The notes under the pieces: generated by a model | What the model was told of the DNA's origin: nothing | Databases searched by the model: none | The model's input: only the letters and a program-made list of their open reading frames with translations | Assembly (NCBI GenBank): GCA_027460535.1 | Contig: JAPZAR010000027.1 | Span: 60,001 to 92,000 of the forward strand | Source: Candidatus Methanoperedens sp. | GTDB taxonomy: Archaea > Halobacteriota > Methanosarcinia > Methanosarcinales > Methanoperedenaceae | Direction of reading: 5' to 3' | Length of the DNA stretch: 32,000 bases | Shown: positions 7,614 to 12,937 of the stretch, piece after piece | Numbering within the stretch: the stretch's first letter is position 1 | How the letters are laid out: each line of letters opens with the position of its first letter | Translations under genes and position numbers: made by a program

Positions 7614-8948
7614 CTATATTTTATTGTGCCTTCTGCAACGCCTCAAAAACTCATCAAAAGAAACCGCTGCCGGATGCGTATGCATGTAGCTTCCCAGAGT
7701 ATTGTGCTCCGTAAGACCGTCCATACCTGCGTTTATGCCCTTCCCTCGCCTCAATTTATACGCAAAATGTGCATCCCTGTCGCATTCAGTGACCGAATAA
7801 TGGAACTCGTGACCCCTGATAATTTTCCCTTTTTTTGCAAGAAGTGAATCCGATACTATGCAGGCCTCGGTGTAACCAAGCGCCTGAAGCTTATCCGTCA
7901 TCCTTGAGCTTGCACCCAGTATTCCTGCCATTTTATAACTCCTGTCCGTCTCAAGGCTCTCGTTCAGATAGAGCAGCGCCCCGCATTCACCGTATACCGG
8001 CATTCCGTTTTCAGCCACTTTTCTTATCTGGCCTCGCGTTTTTGAGTCGGAAAGTTCCTGCGCGTAAAGTTCGGGATATCCGCCGCCCAGGTAAAGACCA
8101 TCAACCTGCGGTAACTCATCGCTCATCGGGCTGAAAAAAGTAAGCTCTGCACCGGACTTGCGGAGAACATCGAAAGAATCCTGGTAGTAGAAACAGAATG
8201 CGCTGTCCCAGGCAATCCCGATATTGACATCGAACTTTTCATCTGGCTCCTTAAATTCCACCCCTGTCGAGATAAAACTGCTTGCGATAGCCATTACCGA
8301 CTCTACATCTATGTTCTTCTCTATTAGATCTGAAAGCATTTTCATATCACATTCATCCTCGCCCGCCATGTGAAGCCCGAGATGACGTGATGGTATGGAT
8401 ATCTCCCTGGATTTCGGGAGCGCCCCGATGACAGGGATCTTTATACCTGCGTCGCAAAGCGAATCTCTGATGAGCTTAATGTGCCTTTCACTGCCTGTGT
8501 TATTGAGAATTATACCCTGTATATTGACCCTGTCAAATTCAGAAAAGCCTTTCACCACGGCAGCTATGCTGCGCGATACGCCATGCGCATCCACCACCAG
8601 TATCACAGGAACATTCAGCATCTTGGCCACATGCGCTGAGCTTGCGATCTCCGTGGCATCAAGGCCGTCATAAAGCCCCATCACACCTTCGATTATGCAG
8701 AAATCCGCGTCATCAAATGCGCGAGAAAAGGTCTCAAGCACTCCTGTCTCGCCCATCATGTAGCTGTCCAGGTTCCTGGAAGGCCTGCCGCATATTTTCG
8801 TATGGTGACCCGGGTCAATGAAATCCGGCCCGACCTTGAAAGGCTGAACTCTATACTTTCCGCAGAGCGAAGCCATCAGGCCCATAGCAATTGTGGTTTT
8901 CCCGACACCGCTGCCCGTGCCGGCGATCATGACAGAAGGCGTGTTCAT
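7614..8948 (-). CDS. Cobyrinate / Ni-sirohydrochlorin a,c-diamide synthase (CbiA/CfbB family; corrinoid versus F430 role cannot be told from sequence alone)
   Basis: 444-aa ORF. The N-terminal P-loop is GTGSGVGKTT, followed by FKVGPDFIDP. The C-terminal glutamine amidotransferase domain has GGGYPE and YGECGALLYL. Confidence 0.85.
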   Translation of the reverse strand: MNTPSVMIAGTGSGVGKTTIAMGLMASLCGKYRVQPFKVGPDFIDPGHHTKICGRPSRNLDSYMMGETGVLETFSRAFDDADFCIIEGVMGLYDGLDATEIASSAHVAKMLNVPVILVVDAHGVSRSIAAVVKGFSEFDRVNIQGIILNNTGSERHIKLIRDSLCDAGIKIPVIGALPKSREISIPSRHLGLHMAGEDECDMKMLSDLIEKNIDVESVMAIASSFISTGVEFKEPDEKFDVNIGIAWDSAFCFYYQDSFDVLRKSGAELTFFSPMSDELPQVDGLYLGGGYPELYAQELSDSKTRGQIRKVAENGMPVYGECGALLYLNESLETDRSYKMAGILGASSRMTDKLQALGYTEACIVSDSLLAKKGKIIRGHEFHYSVTECDRDAHFAYKLRRGKGINAGMDGLTEHNTLGSYMHTHPAAVSFDEFLRRCRRHNKI

Positions 8949-9289
8949 ATACTCACGGAGCTCCAGCCTCCTATGAGATGGATATGCAGGTGGAATACTA
9001 TCTGGCCTGCTCCACTACCCACGTTTATCACAAGCTTGTAGCCGCTGTCGGCAATGCCCAGTTTTCTTGCTATCTCCTTTGCTTTCATCATCATTTTTGA
9101 TATAATCACACTATGCCGCTCTTCTATGGAATTAACGCTTTCGATATGCTCCACTGGGACTAACAGCACGTGAACGGGCGCAGAGGGTCTTGTGTCATAA
9201 AAAACCACGAAGTCCTCTTCCTTATGAACAAATTTCGCTGGAGCTTCACCTCTGATAATTTTGCAGAAAATGCAATCATCGCTATTCAT
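8945..9289 (-). CDS. HIT (histidine triad) family nucleotide hydrolase/transferase
   Basis: 114-aa ORF with DCIFCKII at the N-terminus and the histidine triad HLHIHLIGG. It overlaps the downstream diamide synthase start by 4 nt. Confidence 0.9.
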   Translation of the reverse strand: MNSDDCIFCKIIRGEAPAKFVHKEEDFVVFYDTRPSAPVHVLLVPVEHIESVNSIEERHSVIISKMMMKAKEIARKLGIADSGYKLVINVGSGAGQIVFHLHIHLIGGWSSVSI

Positions 9290-9341
9290 ATATTATCCGG
9301 AATATCGTATATGATAACACTATCTATTAAATCCCTGCATC

Positions 9342-10010
9342 GTGATGGCCATTTCCAAAGAAATTTTGAGCAGCATGCTGCCCCTAATAGAAAAACCAGA
9401 AGGTATTACGCCAAAGCAGAAACTCATGGATGATGTTATTGTCAGAGTACGCAATTGCAGAAAATGCCGCCTCTGGCAGTATGCAACAAATCCTGTCCCG
9501 GGTGAGGGAAGCCTTGATGCATCGCTGATGCTCATCGGCGAAGCGCCGGGTTACCAGGAAGACCTCAAGGGCAAGCCTTTCGCAGGAAGAGCGGGAAAAA
9601 TCCTGGATAAGCTGCTTTCAGGCATCGACCTCAGGCGCGAGGACATTTATATAGGCAATGTTGTGAAGCACAGGCCTCCTGAGAATAGGCAGCCAAAAGA
9701 GGATGAAATCAAGGCGTGCACCCCTTATCTTGATGAACAGATCCGGATAATAAAGCCCGGGATAATCGTGACTTTGGGAATGCATTCGACAAGATACATT
9801 CTTTTGAAAATGAATGTGGAATTTGAGAGAATAACCGACGTCAGAGGCCAGATCTACGAAGGAAGGCTTCTTGATCTTCAGGTTAAAATAATGCCAACCT
9901 TTCACCCTGCAGCGGTGCTACACAACCCGCGGTACAGGTCTGTGCTTGAAGAGGATTTCAGGAAGATAAAGATGGAACTATCTAAGCAGCACTCTCAAGG
10001 GATTCAATAA
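9342..10010 (+). CDS. udg: Family-4 uracil-DNA glycosylase (Fe-S type)
   Basis: 222-aa ORF with CRKCRL, LMLIGEAPGYQEDLKGKPFAGRAGKILD, NVVKHRPP and FHPAAVL. The start may be the ATG at 9345 rather than the GTG at 9342. The last ~9 codons are encoded antisense to a toxin-gene relic (see findings). Confidence 0.9.
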   Translation: MMAISKEILSSMLPLIEKPEGITPKQKLMDDVIVRVRNCRKCRLWQYATNPVPGEGSLDASLMLIGEAPGYQEDLKGKPFAGRAGKILDKLLSGIDLRREDIYIGNVVKHRPPENRQPKEDEIKACTPYLDEQIRIIKPGIIVTLGMHSTRYILLKMNVEFERITDVRGQIYEGRLLDLQVKIMPTFHPAAVLHNPRYRSVLEEDFRKIKMELSKQHSQGIQ

Positions 10011-10026
10011 AATCTGTAAGTTTCAT
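9982..10026 (-). pseudogene. 14-codon relic of a TumE/DUF6516-like toxin gene
   Basis: The minus strand reads ATG AAA CTT ACA GAT TTT ATT GAA TCC CTT GAG AGT GCT GCT TAG, i.e. MKLTDFIESLESAA*. Compare MKLADFIYALEKAAS at the start of ORF 11607..11819 (10 of 14 identical). The same ATGA stop/start overlap with the upstream small ORF is kept. Confidence 0.55.
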
Positions 10027-10316
10027 GTGTATTTTGCAAGCTTTTCAAGCTCTGTACTTATCGATTGGATCCCGTCTATGGCAAGCTCCCAATCGCAGTA
10101 ATCCTCTTCAACCTGAAATGAATGACCTGATTCTTCAACAACATGTCCCCGCTTGAAATCATCAAAATCCATTTGATATTTTTCTCGGAATGTTTTATCT
10201 ATTAGATTATACTTTGCAAGCCGCCTCTGTAATTCGTTAATGACGAGAGGTATAGTGGCTTCTTCAGATCTGCATCGAGATGTTTTGGATTGAGGTTTTC
10301 GCGTTCTCATTTTCAA
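10023..10316 (-). CDS. Small hypothetical protein, putative antitoxin-like (paralog A of 11816..12136)
   Basis: 97-aa ORF. The C-terminal 76 residues are about 71% identical to ORF 11816..12136 by hand alignment (LVINEL.RRLA.Y.L.DKTF.E.Y.MDFD...VV.ESGHSF.VEEDYCDWELA.DGI....EL.KLAKY). It starts 5 nt after the HEPN stop. Confidence 0.6.
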   Translation of the reverse strand: MKMRTRKPQSKTSRCRSEEATIPLVINELQRRLAKYNLIDKTFREKYQMDFDDFKRGHVVEESGHSFQVEEDYCDWELAIDGIQSISTELEKLAKYT

Positions 10317-10321
10317 AAATA

Positions 10322-10720
10322 TTACTTCTTGATCATGGTTTTTATTTCATTAAGTACAAAATTTGCATCATCGAGAGCCTTTTTAGCATCTTCATTCGTA
10401 AAATCTTTCTCGCCATAGAATGAAGGCGCTCTTGCTTCTGCAAGCCATCTGGATATCCTTTCTATCTCTTTGAGCGAGCTTTCTTTAAAGGGGAACTTTT
10501 TGCCGGCTTCTATGGTAAAAATGCCCCCAGCATCATGTACTTTAGGGTAATCGATCCCTAATATTCGCAAGCATCCCTTGAGAGTTAGCTCAACCACTTC
10601 CTGCGCCCTTCTTACAGCGATGTTATAGTTTTCTTCTTCTACAGCAGTTTTCAGGTCTTTTTCGAATATCCATTCCGCCTCTTTCAACAGTTTCTCCCCA
10701 AACTCCCGATTCGTTGTCAT
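10322..10720 (-). CDS. HEPN domain protein (PF05168-type partner of a minimal nucleotidyltransferase)
   Basis: 132-aa all-helical ORF with NYNIAVRRAQEVVELTLKGCL, YPKVHD and ARAPSFYGE...EDAKKALDDANFV. It overlaps the upstream NTase gene by 4 nt. Confidence 0.8.
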   Translation of the reverse strand: MTTNREFGEKLLKEAEWIFEKDLKTAVEEENYNIAVRRAQEVVELTLKGCLRILGIDYPKVHDAGGIFTIEAGKKFPFKESSLKEIERISRWLAEARAPSFYGEKDFTNEDAKKALDDANFVLNEIKTMIKK

Positions 10721-11199
10721 AGTTCGAGGATTTCTCCAGCCTTTAGGTCAGGCTTTAACTGCCAGTACCATGTGTTGTCCTTGAGAGTCACTTTTCTTGA
10801 ACCAAGCTGGATGAGCCGATTTTTCAGTTCTTTCAGCCTGTTTTTGAAAAAGTTATCTTTATCGAACAGGATCACTGAGTCATCTATCATGTCCAGAAAA
10901 ATATTGCGATTTTCCATCGCCTCTTCTTTTGATAAGATTATGCTGCTGAAGATCGGCGCCGTTCCTGAGATGTTCTTTCGCAGTTTTATCTCGATGTCTA
11001 TTACAGGTTCCAGGCGTTCATAATACGCAGCGGGAGCGTTCTTTAAAATGATAAGGAGGTCTATATCGCTTTCTTCTTTTGCTGTACCTCTGGCTACTGA
11101 ACCGTAGAGGACTACAGAAATAAGATTATCTCCAAATTTCTTTAGAAGCGATTGTCCAAATCTGGTGAGAATTTCTTTATGATCTTTGTAACCGCGCAT
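10717..11199 (-). CDS. Minimal nucleotidyltransferase (MNT) domain protein
   Basis: 160-aa ORF with the pol-beta superfamily motif LYGSVARGTAKEESDIDLLIIL. Confidence 0.85.
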   Translation of the reverse strand: MRGYKDHKEILTRFGQSLLKKFGDNLISVVLYGSVARGTAKEESDIDLLIILKNAPAAYYERLEPVIDIEIKLRKNISGTAPIFSSIILSKEEAMENRNIFLDMIDDSVILFDKDNFFKNRLKELKNRLIQLGSRKVTLKDNTWYWQLKPDLKAGEILEL

Positions 11200-11304
11200 A
11201 TTTTTTTATCTTTTTATTTGATTTTCGAGTTATTAAAGGATACTATAGTACATGGAGGTTCAGGTACTTTTTGTGATTGAAGGCGCCCAGATTGAGAGAA
11301 CTAC

Positions 11305-11464
11305 TTATTCAACCTTCTCCCTCACCATCTCCACCCCCTTATCAAGCGCCTCCTCAATCCTCGTAACATCCGTTCCCCCGCCCTGCGCAATTCCCGGCTT
11401 CCCGCGCCTCCGCCGCCCACGAGCTTTGACATCTCGTGCACTATCACACCCGAATCGCCCATCC
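11305..11464 (-). pseudogene. Decayed duplicate of the last ~53 codons of alaS
   Basis: Hand alignment shows 11326-11464 is roughly 85% identical to 12949-13100. The relic reads [52 protein letters not shown]. The intact gene reads [53 protein letters not shown]. The relic has its own stop (TAA, 11305-11307) and a 1-nt deletion in the Gly-codon run. Confidence 0.8.
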
Positions 11465-11472
11465 TTTCCTTA

Positions 11473-11819
11473 TCATATCAGTTTTTCTCTCAATAATATT
11501 TCGAACACTTCATCGAGGAACTCTTCTGGCGTCGCATCCTTAGCACTATCACCAGTTGTTTCATGTGCCTCTGGATTCTCAAAAGGATGCCGATGCCAAT
11601 TGCCACCTACACAATCCCTGCCGATAACCGGTTGTTCCATCCCACAAGTACATAATTCGATGTGCCTGAAATCTGATGAAAATAGAACTGGATATAAATA
11701 TTATCTGAAATCTCGATTCTGGCTTTGACTGCGTTGTCAGTTTTTACTAGAACTCGCGGTTTTAACAAATATTTTGAAGCAGCTTTTTCAAGGGCATAAA
11801 TAAAATCCGCCAGCTTCAT
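11473..11819 (-). pseudogene. TumE / DUF6516-like toxin gene interrupted by a frameshift near 11630-11650
   Basis: Frame 1 (track ORF 11607..11819) ends ...NYVLVGWNNRLSAGIV*. A second frame continues (M)EQPVIGRDCVGGNWHRHPFENPEAHETTGDSAKDATPEEFLDEVFEILLREKLI* to the stop at 11473-11475. Joined, the two halves give the family pattern (...RxDN/C..G..HxH....L.EFL..V). Confidence 0.55.
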
Positions 11820-12136
11820 GAGTATTTTGCAAGCTTCTTAAGTTCTGCCGTGATCATCTTAATTCCGTCAAGAGCGAGTTCCCAATCACAGTAATCCTCT
11901 TCAACCTTAAAAGAATGACCTGATTCTTTTACGACCTGTTTCATCTTGAGTTCATCAAAATCCATTTTATAACGCTCATGAAAAGTCTTATCCATCAACT
12001 TATATTCGGCAAGACGCCTGCGCAATTCGTTAATTACTAGCTGGATTGTACCCTCCTCAGGTTCTTTTTTTAAGAGATTTTGGTAGATATATTGGAATTC
12101 GGAGGGAAGTTTTACTGAGACTGGCATTTTATTCAC
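11816..12136 (-). CDS. Small hypothetical protein, putative cognate antitoxin of the TumE-like gene (paralog B of 10023..10316)
   Basis: 106-aa ORF with an ATGA stop/start overlap to the downstream toxin-like ORF. It is about 71% identical to paralog A over 76 aa. Confidence 0.65.
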   Translation of the reverse strand: MNKMPVSVKLPSEFQYIYQNLLKKEPEEGTIQLVINELRRRLAEYKLMDKTFHERYKMDFDELKMKQVVKESGHSFKVEEDYCDWELALDGIKMITAELKKLAKYS

Positions 12137-12288
12137 CTATTAGCTTTTAGTTCTAATGAGTTATTAAAACTTTCCTGAAAGAGCTATCAGAATTAGGGTT
12201 TATAGTATTTCTCGCATCCTTGCATATAGGCGCGAAAGGGAGGGGAGCGGGTAGGGAGATAGTGTAAGCAAAATAGTTGCCCATAGAT

Positions 12289-12921
12289 TCATTTAGAAGA
12301 TGCTTTGAATGAAAACTCTTCTAATCTTATAATCCGTTCTTCTATGGAAGGGTGAGTTGGGCGATTTGCAAAATAAATCACATTAATAAGCTCTTGAAAC
12401 CTTGAAAAAGGCTGGTTTTTAGCGCATTCTTTCACCTTTTTTAGCGCAGAAATCAATGCTTTAGCATTTCCAAGACCTACAGAAATTTTATCTGCTCCAT
12501 ATTCGGATTTTATTTTTAGATTTATCATATGATTCAAAAGGGAAAATCTTAATACTAAAAATGTAAAAAGTAATGGTAACCATATCTCCAAAAATCTAAT
12601 TTTAAAATAAAATAATAAATTTAAAACTATGAATACACCTAGAACTAATAATGTTAAAGGCATTAGAAAATAAATTATTAAAAATAGGTCTTTCCATCTT
12701 TTTATATGACCCAACTCATGATCTAAGAATGCAAATTGTTCATCTTTATTTAACTTCTCCAGAACTATTGAATATATAATGACTCCAAAAAAGAATGCGC
12801 CTGCATTCATTTCATCGGAAGCTATTTTCAAAAGAAGAACAGGATGCCGTATTCCCAGTTTTTTCTTGCTTTTATTAAAATGAGATTTTAAATCTCCTTT
12901 ATTTATAAGGCTTATTGTCAT
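12289..12921 (-). CDS. M48-family (HtpX-like) membrane zinc metalloprotease
   Basis: 210-aa ORF with HEXXH (DHELGHI) followed by hydrophobic helices, and the C-terminal M48-type motif RPTHPSIEERIIRL. The DNA is extremely AT-rich: one 60-nt line counted by hand is 23% GC. Confidence 0.75.
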   Translation of the reverse strand: MTISLINKGDLKSHFNKSKKKLGIRHPVLLLKIASDEMNAGAFFFGVIIYSIVLEKLNKDEQFAFLDHELGHIKRWKDLFLIIYFLMPLTLLVLGVFIVLNLLFYFKIRFLEIWLPLLFTFLVLRFSLLNHMINLKIKSEYGADKISVGLGNAKALISALKKVKECAKNQPFSRFQELINVIYFANRPTHPSIEERIIRLEEFSFKASSK

Positions 12922-12937
12922 TTTAATTATAAAAATC

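Noticed and set aside
11607-11640. In-frame TAG in the TumE-like gene as a possible pyrrolysine codon (Methanosarcinales-type lineage)
   Set aside because: Reading through the TAG in frame gives sequence unrelated to the family. The conserved C-terminal half appears only after a frame change, so a frameshift explains the data better.
11252-11728. 158-aa plus-strand ORF rich in Ser/Pro (…SSASSILVTSVPPPCAIPGFPRLRRPRALTSRAL…)
   Set aside because: It is the antisense reading of the alaS 3'-end relic and of the TumE-like pseudogene. The low-complexity composition mirrors the Gly/Ala-rich alaS tail on the other strand.
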